Assembly: GCF_006345805.1 (NCBI RefSeq)
Contig: NW_021831683.1
Span: 1-34,839, forward strand
Source of the DNA: Octopus sinensis
Taxonomy: Eukaryota
Direction: 5' to 3'
Length of the DNA stretch: 34,839 bases
Positions 24,735 through 34,527 of this stretch are shown here, in pieces. The number at the start of each line of letters is the position of its first letter. The stretch's first letter is position 1. The translations under genes and the position numbers were made by a program. A model generated the notes under the pieces. The model made no database searches and had not been told where the DNA came from. It saw only the letters and a program-made list of their open reading frames with translations.

Positions 24735-25215
24735 ACGATGTCTTCAGATTTGTGGTCGTACCAATTTTTTGCTCTGCAAAGTCCATACTTGTTGTAAAGT
24801 GGCCAGTGGACAATTCTTACTTTGTTGACATGACGTCTCTTATGTTCTTTCTGGACTAGCGGCGTACATTGACTGCTAATATGCCTTACGGTTTTACCAT
24901 TTTGTCCACAAATTATGCACTTATCACTTTCTGGTGTGTTGTCTATTCTGTATTTGATGTAATTGGTTATTAATGCCTGTTCTTGGGCATCACATATTAG
25001 AGCCTCCGTTTCCGGTTTTAAATCAATTTTAGTCATTCATAGCCACCTTTTTTCTCTATCTGTCTTATCTTCAATATCCCTATGAAACTGTCCATGCATT
25101 CTTTTCTTTATCCACTTATTTTCAGTTTCATTCATTCTCAAGTGCTTGTACAGTGCTTTATCTTTACAATCTTCCATCCTACACAGGCCTGATCCTCTTA
25201 CTTCCAATAGTAGCG
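24735..25215 (-). mobile_element. R4/Dong-clade fragment: post-RT region and CCHC zinc motif
   Basis: KRMHGQF...DLKPETEALICDAQEQAL.TNYIK..ID...CIICGQNGKTVRHISSQC...HKRRH...HW...WYDHK. Confidence 0.88.
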
Positions 25216-25281
25216 GTTCTGTGGCATTATTGTTGTTGTTGTTGTTGTGGTGGTGGTGGTGGTGGTTGTTGTTGTTATTAT

Positions 25282-25860
25282 TTATTTTTATCTGCATGTT
25301 TGTTGCAATCACTCGCCGAGACACAACCAGCGTTCTAGGGCGAGTGAAGAATAAGAGATGTTACAGTATAACTGATAGCTTGGGAAGGGCAAGTGGCAGA
25401 TGCAGTAGCAAAATATTCTCATGTGATACAACACATATATTTAAGCGGATAGGATTTTTCTAGGGATATGGGCAGTACTTGTCAGCACAATCTTTTGGGT
25501 TTCTCTGGGGCATGGTTCTCCTGGGATATTATCTAGATGTTTTTGACATCCCTTTCTTATCATACCAAAGGCACCCAAAATAATGGGAACAGTTCTCGCT
25601 TTAAGATGCATCTTTAGAATTTCAATTTCCCAGTCATTCTATTTACTTATCAAATACTTTTAAAGATATATTTTTATCAGTCGAAACACATCCATTAGTC
25701 TACATGTATTTTCTTCCTGTCTTTAATGACTATGTCCGGTGGATTAGCCTGAATCCTTCAGTGTTGACTAGAAAATTCCAGAGGATAGTGACCTTATTTC
25801 TAGCAATGTAGGTGGCTCTATCATCTTAGACACAGTTAGTGAGAATTATAGATCTCCCTT
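25282..25860 (-). mobile_element. R4/Dong-clade RLE endonuclease and 3' end, degenerate, ending in (TAA)(CAA)n
   Basis: NKVTILWNF...PPDIVIKD...KARTVPIILGAFGMI...TQKIVLTSTAHIL-like, across frameshifts. Confidence 0.75.
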
Positions 25861-25954
25861 TTGGTGAAACATTTCAAACAGCTGTCTATATTAATTTTGA
25901 GTGTGTATATATGTACATGTGTATATATATATATATGTATATATATATATAGTA

Positions 25955-26300
25955 GTAACAGAAAAGGGGAATTTCGGTTGTCCTCACGTGGTGGATTGTA
26001 ATGTATATAAGAAAATAAAAACGGAAAATACGCACACTTACATGGTTATTGTATGATTTTTAATGTATCGACCGGTTTCGCAATTGCTATTCATGATACA
26101 ATGTTTAATTTATATGAAAATATATTTTTCTTAAGAAGAAAATGGGTCCATGTTGTTTCTAATGAAATTCACGAGTGAATGATTTTACAAGTTGGCAAGT
26201 AAAGGGGGGTAATTAGTTGTTATTATTGTTATTGTTGTAAGGGAGATAACTGTTTAGGTTTTGGGTGGCGAATAAATATGTATACAGAAAAGAGACAGGT
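25955..26300 (-). mobile_element. Probable Penelope-like terminal repeat (pLTR) remnant between (TA)n tracts
   Basis: Contains a minimal hammerhead motif (26064-26100); AT-rich and non-coding. The boundaries are approximate. Confidence 0.5.
26064..26100 (-). ncRNA. Minimal type I hammerhead ribozyme motif with variant core (A3-U8)
   Basis: Minus strand: UGUAUC AUGAAUA GCAAUUGC GAAA CCG GUC GAUACA. This gives a 6-bp stem I, a palindromic stem II closed by G-C, GAAA, palindromic ACCGGU and a GUC cleavage triplet. Confidence 0.7.
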
Positions 26301-26682
26301 TTTCTTTTATATATATATATATATTGTGTATGTATGTATATCCCTCCTTTTCTTTTGACAGAAGTTGTGCTGGGTTTCTAGCAACACTCCTCACCAGGCA
26401 AGCCTTCTGGCCGAACCGGTTCAATCACCGACGATCCAACAATGCAACAGGTTGTAGTCGATCTCATGTTACCAGAAGTACTCATGAGAAAGTTTACATG
26501 GTCAACGACAATCTAACAATAGCTCGGTCCCTCAGAAATTCGTAGCTGGTGTCCGGCATACTGGAAGGCCAATGGGAATAAAGCATTCCATAGCATTTTC
26601 AGATCATGGCACTCCCACATTCCTAAGCCTTCGGCCCATAATAGCACTATATATCTTGCTCTTGGCTTGTCTCTGGATCATA

Positions 26683-26771
26683 TCTAGGAATGATAAAAAA
26701 AAAGGTACTGAAACCTATTTGAAAATGAGACCAGGCTTACCATCCCTACAGGAAGTGCAAAAAATCGTGTT
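26683..26771 (+). mobile_element. Isolated 89-bp internal piece of an R4/Dong 3' coding region
   Basis: Matches the reverse complement of 31655-31742 except for one substitution and one extra A in an A-run. Confidence 0.9.
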
Positions 26772-27330
26772 TGTGAAGTGCAGTGCAAGCCTTCTTGGAC
26801 CTAAAAGTTTAGGCTGTGCAATTGCCGTCGGGAAGACTATCCTATGCCTGGGCGAGTAGGAGGGTACCACGACGAGAATGGAAGACGTGGACGCGGACAC
26901 GAGTGAAGATGACTGTTGATGCAATAACTACTTGCAAAGTATTTACTAGCATTTTGCATGGGCAATGGTCGATGACGGTCTTCCTCGCTTACGAGCGGAC
27001 AGCCAATTGTGAATATATATATGTGTGTACCTATTTGATTAAAGACCTGCCAGCGTAAACCATAAGTTTCCCATTGTTATTGTATCCATTTTATTATGTT
27101 ATATATATATATATATATGTGTGTATGTGTATATACATAAATATATATATATATACACACACATATGCATGCATGCATATAAAACGATGTTACAAAACCT
27201 TTCTATCTCATATTGCGTACTCTTCGCTATGAACTACACGGGATCACTTATATACATATATATGTGAGTGAGTATGTATGTGTGTATGTATGTATTATGT
27301 GGGCAGGTGTTCATGTATGTACATTGAGTG

Positions 27331-27365
<35 letters not shown>

Positions 27366-27599
27366 ATATATATATATATATATAACGTGTGTGTCTGCGT
27401 AGCTGCGATTGTGTATGTGTATAGACATGAATTAGCTGGTGACATCCTGGTGGAATTTACAAAATAACTACATTTTGATAAAATTTCTATTGGAACATTG
27501 TTCGTGACAGGTTTCATAAAGCAATGACATTACTTGACTTAATCTTAGAAGCAGGAGATGAAAAGACAACGACGAACACTAAACAAAACTAAACAAAAC

Positions 27600-27630
<31 letters not shown>

Positions 27631-28116
27631 TGGGGGTTTTGGTCGTTGGTCGCTGATGCATATAAGAATACCACTTTGTCAGGAGATAAACAGCTTCCAG
27701 GCGAAGTCCATATTGCTAAGTCGATTATATTGAAGGCAAATGACATCTTGTAATGTGGGATCTGTGTAGACTAAGTCAATCAAACACGATTTGTTGTTTC
27801 GGCGCTGTAGTTTATCTTTTCGTGAAGTTTCAGCGTATTTTGACTTCTATTCTTTTACTATTACTATTCTAAGAACTCCTTCTTTTTCCTCTTTTATCTT
27901 TTGGTAAATATATTTATTTATGTGTTTGTTCATTCGATTGTAGTCTAACAAGAAGTTTTATTAATGCATTGAAAAGTTTCAGAAAATATGGAGAAACATG
28001 GCGGTTCGAGTAAACATGTTCGATATCGTGAAGAGGAAGTTGGAAAAAAAAAATAACAAGAAACGCCATTTTGATTTTATTGAGTTAGTTTTCTGTTTAT
28101 TTTCCTTTTGTGGAAT

Positions 28117-28205
28117 TTGGGGAAAAAAGCTATGTTTTATACGTAGAGATTTATCGCCAGTAAGACACACATATACATATATACATGCATACATACATAC
28201 ATACA

Positions 28206-28241
<36 letters not shown>

Positions 28242-28517
28242 CATATATATATATATAGACACCTACATATATATATCTAAATATACATGCATACATACGT
28301 ATATATATACAAATATGTATATACACACACTCATATATATATATATATAGTCACCGTCGCTAATATATGATATATGAGTACATATATGCATGTGTGTACG
28401 TGTGTATGTGTGTGTATTCCTTACTACCTTGTAACTCAAAAGTTCATCAGTCCAGTATTCCGAGTCACACGTTTCCGATGGTTCAACTGTTTTGTGCATG
28501 AAATATCTGCTGTTTGA

Positions 28518-28601
<84 letters not shown>

Positions 28602-28604
28602 ATA

Positions 28605-28650
<46 letters not shown>

Positions 28651-28778
28651 GAGAGAGAGATAGAGGGAGAGAGAGAGACATATATATTGGGGAAAAAAGC
28701 TACGTTTTATACGTAGAGATTTATCGCCAGTAAGACACACATATACATATATACATGCATACATACATACATACATGC

Positions 28779-28827
<49 letters not shown>

Positions 28828-28830
28828 ATA

Positions 28831-28873
<43 letters not shown>

Positions 28874-28890
28874 CTACATATATATATATA
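28117..28890 (+). repeat. Local direct duplication of an approximately 160-200 bp unique-plus-microsatellite segment (28117-28276; 28687-about 28890)
   Basis: ttggggaaaaaagcta(t/c)gttttatacgtagagatttatcgccagtaagacacac...gacacctacata occurs twice. Confidence 0.9.
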
Positions 28891-28898
28891 TATGTAGG

Positions 28899-29008
<110 letters not shown>

Positions 29009-29596
29009 CAGATATTAATATTATTTGAAAGAAATGAGGGAGAAAGAGAAAAGAAGAGTGGGGTGGATTGGTGATTCATAGCAGTCAGAATGTCTGAGTG
29101 ATTGAATGTTTTAAAAGTTTATTCAGTGATTAATTCATCTCACCAAAAGCGCTCCCTCTTTTCTTGGCCTTCCCTACGGAGCCAAAAATTATTTCTAAAC
29201 TATAGATAATTTCTCGCTTCCTCATTGGCAACCCTTCATTCAACTCACTAACACACAAAAGCCAAGTGACCCATCTCTCTCTTATACATGCCCCACCTCT
29301 TCTATTCCTCACCACCGTGTCCCTACTTTTTATTGACATGTAAGCCTACATTAATTAGTGCACCTTAATTTTTTTGTTCGGTACAGTAAAAAATATAGCT
29401 TGAGAGAAATTTGTTTCTAGCAACAGAAGCAGACCTTTGAGCCAAACAGAATGCTAAGGGACTTCCATTTGGTTTGGAGGTATTTTTCAATGGGTATGAA
29501 CTTAACCCATAAACGTGACCCCGCATCTTAACAATCTTTCCACAGAATATTACATAACGCCTGCAGCCTACAAAGGCTGATGGAATTATCTAACTT

Positions 29597-29716
29597 ATGG
29601 CTACATTACGAAAACAGTTGTCTGCAGAAATTTTATTAGAAACTGACAGATTTGTCGATTCCAATATAGATACAGAAATTCTAATTGCGGACACGTTTTT
29701 AATGGGCCCTATAAAG
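29597..29716 (+). CDS. Candidate first coding segment (MATLRKQLSAEILLETDRFVDSNIDTEILIADTFLMGPIK), product unknown
   Basis: Upstream acceptor ctttccacag (29545), ATG at 29597, donor AAG|gtatta. A competing minus-strand acceptor (ctaatacctttatag) overlaps it. Confidence 0.2.
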
Positions 29717-29809
29717 GTATTAGATAATTGTTCATATGCACTAAAATAGAAGCCCATTATTTACATTATTTACATTTGACGGATATTTGTCCTCATCTTG
29801 TTTGTTGTT

Positions 29810-29855
29810 AACAAAACGTTTCGGCTGATATACCCTCCAGCCTTCATCATGTGTC
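29810..29855 (-). ncRNA. Hammerhead ribozyme motif, probably inactivated (C3 to A against G8; weakened stem I)
   Basis: Minus strand: GACAC AUGAUGA A GGCUG gagggu auau CAGCC GAAA C GUU UUGUU. Confidence 0.7.
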
Positions 29856-29902
29856 TTGGGAAAATTTCGAACCTGGGTTTTCATTCCTAACGTATTTTTC
29901 GA

Positions 29903-29939
<37 letters not shown>

Positions 29940-29978
29940 ATTGTTGTTGTTGTTATTATTATTATTATTATTATTATT

Positions 29979-31365
29979 CTATGTTTGACTTTTGCTTTAT
30001 ATTTGTACAAGTTGGCTCCAAGTCTCACCCAGAGACCTCAAGAGACAACAGGGTTGGAAGTTCATGTTGTTGTTATGCCTAGTGTGCCATATATTTGGGG
30101 GGTGGGGATGTTGTACTAATGAATGTCTAAAAAAAAAAGTTTTTTTTTTTTTTTTTTTTTTTACCGAAAATTATGGTTGTTTTAAACCTTGAGGTTACAT
30201 AGAGAGTATTTTGCGTAGGATATGAGCAGTTCCCATGAGCACTATCTTTTGAACTTCTGCCATTTTGGGGTTTCCTGGTAGCTGAGTTAGGTAGCTATCA
30301 GCCCTTTTTGCTATCATTCCCAGGGCACCTATGACAACAGGTATTGTTTTAGTCTTCAGCTTCCACATTTTGCTGATTTCTATTTCAAGATCTTTATATT
30401 TGCTCAGTTTTTGGTAGGTCCTGACAGATACGTTTATCGATTGGGACAGTCATATCAATGAGGAGGCATGTTCTTTGTTTGAAGTCTTTCAATATGATGT
30501 CTGCCTATTTGCATCTATCTTCCTGTCAGTTTGAATGGTGAAGTTCAGAGGAGTGAGATGTGGTCATTTTCAAGCACTGGGGGTGGTTTGTGTTCCCACC
30601 AGTTTTTCTCATGGGGCAAATCCAGGTTTTTACAGATTACCCAGTGAATATATGTGCAGCTCTATCGTGCCTGTTGAGATACTCTGTAGGCGCTAGAAGA
30701 CTGCACTTGGAGACCACATGGTCAATGGTTTCATTTTGTTGCTTGCATACACGACACGTTGGACTGCTTCTGATCTTTAATATGTTGGCCTGGTAGTTTC
30801 TTGTTGGTAGGCATTGATCTTGAGCTGCTATGATAAACCCCTCTGTTTCAGATTTTAAGCCAGAGGCCATTAGCCATTGATGGGTCAGGGCTTTGTCGAT
30901 ATCTGCATTATTCGCTCTCTTTGGGTATTTGCCGTAGAGAGGTTTTTTCTTGCCATTTATTATTCAGAATATCTAAGGCCGCAGTTTGGCACGGGTTTTC
31001 ATGCGCCTAGCTTTTTCTGTGCTTGTTTCTTGTATGTCTATCTCTAATTCCGAAATTGGTTGTATTCGGAATTCACTTAGATATTCCTTTGCCTGTTTTG
31101 TTACTGAGTATGATGCTTTCTTGTTTTCATGTTTTGAGACAAGTTTTAACATCCAGTCCTCAGAGTTTTTCAGGTAGGTGTCTAGGCCAATTGTAGCAAT
31201 CTTCATTGTTATTGCCAGTTGCAAAAGACCACGGCCTCCCTCTTTTCTTGGCAGATAGAGTCGTTCTGTATCTGCCTTAGGGTGGTGCATTCTATGCATT
31301 GTCAACAGTTTCCTTATTTTTCTGTCGAGCTGACATATTTCAGTAATTGACCAGTTAACAATATT
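29979..31365 (-). mobile_element. R4/Dong-clade LINE, 5'-truncated 1.4-kb copy: RT C-terminus, CCHC, RLE, 3' UTR; (TAA)n on both sides
   Basis: MHHPKADTERLYLPRKEGGRGL; GLKSETEGFIIAAQDQCLPT; CRVC...ETIDHVVSKC; TDRKIDANR-DIIL..FKQ..CLLID; IPVVIGALG...QKIVLMGTAHILRKILSM*. Confidence 0.93.
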
Positions 31366-31406
31366 ATTATTAATAACAATATTATTATTATTATTATTAT
31401 TATTAC

Positions 31407-31444
<38 letters not shown>

Positions 31445-31445
<1 letters not shown>

Positions 31446-31778
31446 TTTCCTGCTTTCTTCAAATTTTCTTCCGTTTCTCGCCGAGTGTTTTCCGTACACC
31501 TAGGGCAGAGAAGCTCATTGTATGCATTCCAAGATCGCACACGCAAATTCACAGCTAAAATATGTATTTAAAAAATTAATAAATAAATAAATTCATGAAT
31601 GGATGTTGTTTTCACAGCGATAATGCTCTTCTCGGCACATGAGCCGTTCCAGTTAACACGATGTTTTGCACTTCCTGTAGGGATGGTAAGCCTGGTCTCA
31701 TTTTCAAATAGGTTTCAGTACCTTTTTTTTATCATTCCTAGAGCTCCTACAATCACTGGTACTGTAGTCGCCTTGAGA
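31445..31778 (-). mobile_element. R4/Dong-clade 3' end, with a different 3' UTR from the neighbouring copy, in (TAA)n
   Basis: LKATTVPVIVGALGMI-KGTETYLKMRPGLPSLQEVQNIVLTGTAHVPRRALSL*. Confidence 0.88.
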
Positions 31779-31779
31779 T

Positions 31780-31817
31780 TATAATTATTATTATTATTAT
31801 CATCATCATCATCATCA

Positions 31818-31862
<45 letters not shown>

Positions 31863-31875
31863 TATTATTATTATT

Positions 31876-31913
<38 letters not shown>

Positions 31914-32001
31914 TATTATTATTATTATTATTATTATCATCATCATCATCATCATCATCATCCTCATCATCATCATCATTATTATTATTACTATAATAAT
32001 A

Positions 32002-32035
<34 letters not shown>

Positions 32036-32058
32036 AATAATAATAATAACAACAACAA
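31780..32058. repeat. (ATT/ATC)n tract flipping to (AAT)n(AAC)n near 31990
   Basis: Direct reading; the polarity switch is at attattattactataataat. Confidence 0.95.
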
Positions 32059-32107
32059 TATCGAAAAATACATTAGGAATGAAAACCCAGGTTCGAAACT
32101 TCCCCAA

Positions 32108-32153
32108 GACACCTGATGAAGCCTGGAGGGTATATCAGCCGAAACGTTGTGTT
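32108..32153 (+). ncRNA. Minimal type I hammerhead ribozyme motif, core intact, with an extra A after A9
   Basis: GACAC CUGAUGA A GCCUG gagggu auau CAGCC GAAA C GUU GUGUU. Stem I is GACAC/GUGUU, stem II has one C-C mismatch, AACGUU is palindromic, and predicted cleavage is after 32148. Confidence 0.8.
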
Positions 32154-32423
32154 ATTGACAAACAAGATGAGGACAAATACCCGTCAAATGTAAATAATGT
32201 AAATAATGTAAATAATGTACATAATTCCTCATCTCTTAAATAAAAAGCTGAATAGAAGCCCATAATGTATCATAAAACATTTTTGGAAGGTTCCCTTTAA
32301 TATGCAGAACTAAAGTTCACTTCCGTTCTTCTCAATGCAATCTACACATCTACAAGAATGGTGTCTATATTCGACGCTATATTTGCAGTCCTCCACACGA
32401 CTAACAGAGAAACAAGGTCATAC

Positions 32424-32586
32424 TTAAATGTAAATGAATCATCGCTGTAATCTTCAGACAAAACATTCTCGCCTGGAGATCGCAATGGCATGAGACTGGA
32501 GTCGGGTGACAAGCATACAGGTTCAGTTTCAATTAGTAAAGAAATATCCTCTGCAACATATGTCGAGTAGTCCTTTTTGTATATAC
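32424..32586 (-). CDS. Candidate exon (GIYKKDYSTYVAEDISLLIETEPVCLSPDSSLMPLRSPGENVLSEDYSDDSFTF), 3' boundary uncertain
   Basis: Acceptor gagtttgtag (weak pyrimidine tract), possible donor AA|gtatga, open frame (ORF 32342-32695). It is phase-compatible with 33393-33441. Confidence 0.25.
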
Positions 32587-32705
32587 CTACAAACTCACAC
32601 ACACTCACACACACCCATAGACAGACATACGACATACACACGGAGATACTCAGTAAGCTGGTGACATATCTATTCTGACAGATACGGAAGAACAAGCTGC
32701 TTGAC

Positions 32706-33106
32706 TTACTCTTTACTGGTTTCAGTCATTTGACTGTGGCCAGCCATGCTGGAGCACCGCCTTTAGTCGAGAAATTCAACCCCAGGACTTATTCTTTGTA
32801 AGCCTAGTACTTATTCTATCGGTCTCTTTTGCCGAACCGCTAAGTTACGGGGCGTAAACACACCAACATCGGTTGTCAAGTGATGTTGGGGTGACAAACA
32901 CAGACACACAAACACACCTACACACATATATAAATACATATATACGACGGGCTTCTTTCAGTTTCCGTCTACCAAATCCACTCACAAGGCTTTCGTCGGC
33001 CCGAGGCTATAGTAGAAGACACATGGCCAAGTTACCACGCAGTGGGAATGAACCCAGAACCATGTGGTTGGTAAGCAAGCTATTTACCACAGGCAATCCT
33101 ACGCCT
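32706..33106 (-). mobile_element. SINE type D, full length
   Basis: Reverse complement of the 1841-2253 type, including the internal (CA)n(TA)n. Confidence 0.9.
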
Positions 33107-33392
33107 GGCTCATAAGAATATTTGTTTGCACTGAAAAGCAAAAGATAAAAGAAAATATTAATTGATATCAATACTATCCAGTTCACAGAAAATAAGAGAT
33201 GAACTACTGTAGGTTTGTTAATAGAAAAATACAAACTTTTAAAAAGCAACACATACATAGGCATATTTGAAAAAAAAAATTCAACCGGCGATGTTGATTC
33301 TGTCACTTTCAACCGCATTCCCATAATATGTCGTTGGCTAGCACGAAACGCCGCAACATAACATTATCACTACTTCATTCGGTAGAACTCAC

Positions 33393-33441
33393 CCAGATGA
33401 TCTGCAAACGTTAACAGACTAAAGATGGTTATTGATCCAAG
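33393..33441 (-). CDS. Candidate 49-nt exon (LGSITIFSLLTFADHL, or 5' UTR)
   Basis: Strong acceptor gtgatattttttttag and consensus donor TGG|gtgagt; one open frame (phase 0 to 1). Confidence 0.35.
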
Positions 33442-33602
33442 CTAAAAAAAAATATCACGTTAACAACAAAATATGAAAATCATTAGGAAATGAGATTAAG
33501 CAAAAACAACGTCGTGCCATCAACAACAAGCTGTTTGCTATATCGGGATACACACAACCCCCCTCACACACACACACACACAATTATATATATATATATA
33601 CA

Positions 33603-33832
33603 TATTTCTTTACTACCCACAAGGAGCTAAACACAGAGGGGACAAACAAGGACAGACAAACGGATTAAGTCGATTACATTGACCCCAGTGAACTGGTACT
33701 TAATTTATCGACCCCGAAAGGATGAAAGGCAAAGTCGACCCCGGCTGAATTTGAACCCAGAACGTAACTGCAGACGAAATACGGCTACGCATTTCGCCCG
33801 GCGTGCTAACGTTTCTGCCAGCTCGCCGCCTT
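33603..33832 (-). mobile_element. SINE type E, full length (long-tail variant)
   Basis: Highly similar to 18091-18324. Confidence 0.9.
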
Positions 33833-33846
33833 CATCATCATCATTA

Positions 33847-34229
33847 TCTCTCTCTATATAAACGGCAGTTTGTCTGTGCGTGTTTCTGTGTGTCTGTTTG
33901 CTTGTACCCTCACCCTGACCACGGCTTTCAACCGATTCTGATGAAACTTGACACACACATAGCCCAATGTCATAATTCAAAACTAACGCAGAGAAAATTT
34001 TGAAAAGTTCCCCCAGTTCTGAAAAAAATCGATAAATTCGACATGGGGTCGAGAATTAGAAACACAAAACGCAAACTGTCTAGGGGACGCAACTCCACCT
34101 TTTTTAACTAAAAAAAAAATTTACCATAATTTTTTTCCATTTTTTTGCTATATTTTGGCTATAACTCTCTACAAATGCTTTATAGTTATTTCCCTTACAA
34201 ACCTGAGCAACGCCGGGCGATACTGCTAG
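33847..34229 (+). mobile_element. Non-autonomous Helitron-like element (383 bp)
   Basis: Starts with TC after A33846 and ends with CTAG before T34230. It has a subterminal GC-rich hairpin cctgagcaacgccggg about 10 nt before the end, and no TIR or TSD. Confidence 0.75.
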
Positions 34230-34439
34230 TCATATATATATATATACATATATACTTGCATGTACAGATGTAAGGATGCATGAATGCATGAAAACATGTA
34301 GAAGTTCATGTATGTGTACGCATGTATTTCATAGAAGCATACACTTATATAAGGATGTGTGTATGTGTGTGTGAGTGTGTGTGGTTGTGTGTGTATGCAT
34401 TAAGAAAACAATAATCGAATACTGACTGAGCCCTCACTA

Positions 34440-34452
34440 AATGTGTGTGTGT

Positions 34453-34524
<72 letters not shown>
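34440..34524. repeat. (GT)n microsatellite
   Basis: Direct reading. Confidence 0.97.

Positions 34525-34527
<3 letters not shown>

Larger units (their letters stand above)
29758..32250. mobile_element. Composite insertion: inverted pair of Penelope-type terminal repeats (29758-29902 minus; 32061-32250 plus) around a (CAA/TAA)n tract invaded by two R4/Dong elements
   Basis: Arms are about 93% identical over 145 bp (10 mismatches by my count). An exact 13-bp direct repeat aatagaagcccat sits at 29745-29757 and 32251-32263. Confidence 0.8.

Noticed and set aside
26350-27010. GC-richer segment around the 89-bp insert, possibly an RTE-related terminus
   Set aside because: The end gtcttcctcgcttacgagcggacagcc is suggestive, but I could not read any RTE protein motif, so it is left unclassified.
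29090-29340. Possible decayed Tx1 C-terminal fragment
   Set aside because: The similarity is too weak to support by eye.
33935-33950. CTGATGAAAC inside the Helitron-like element
   Set aside because: There is no stem II between the two core halves, so the motif match is coincidental.
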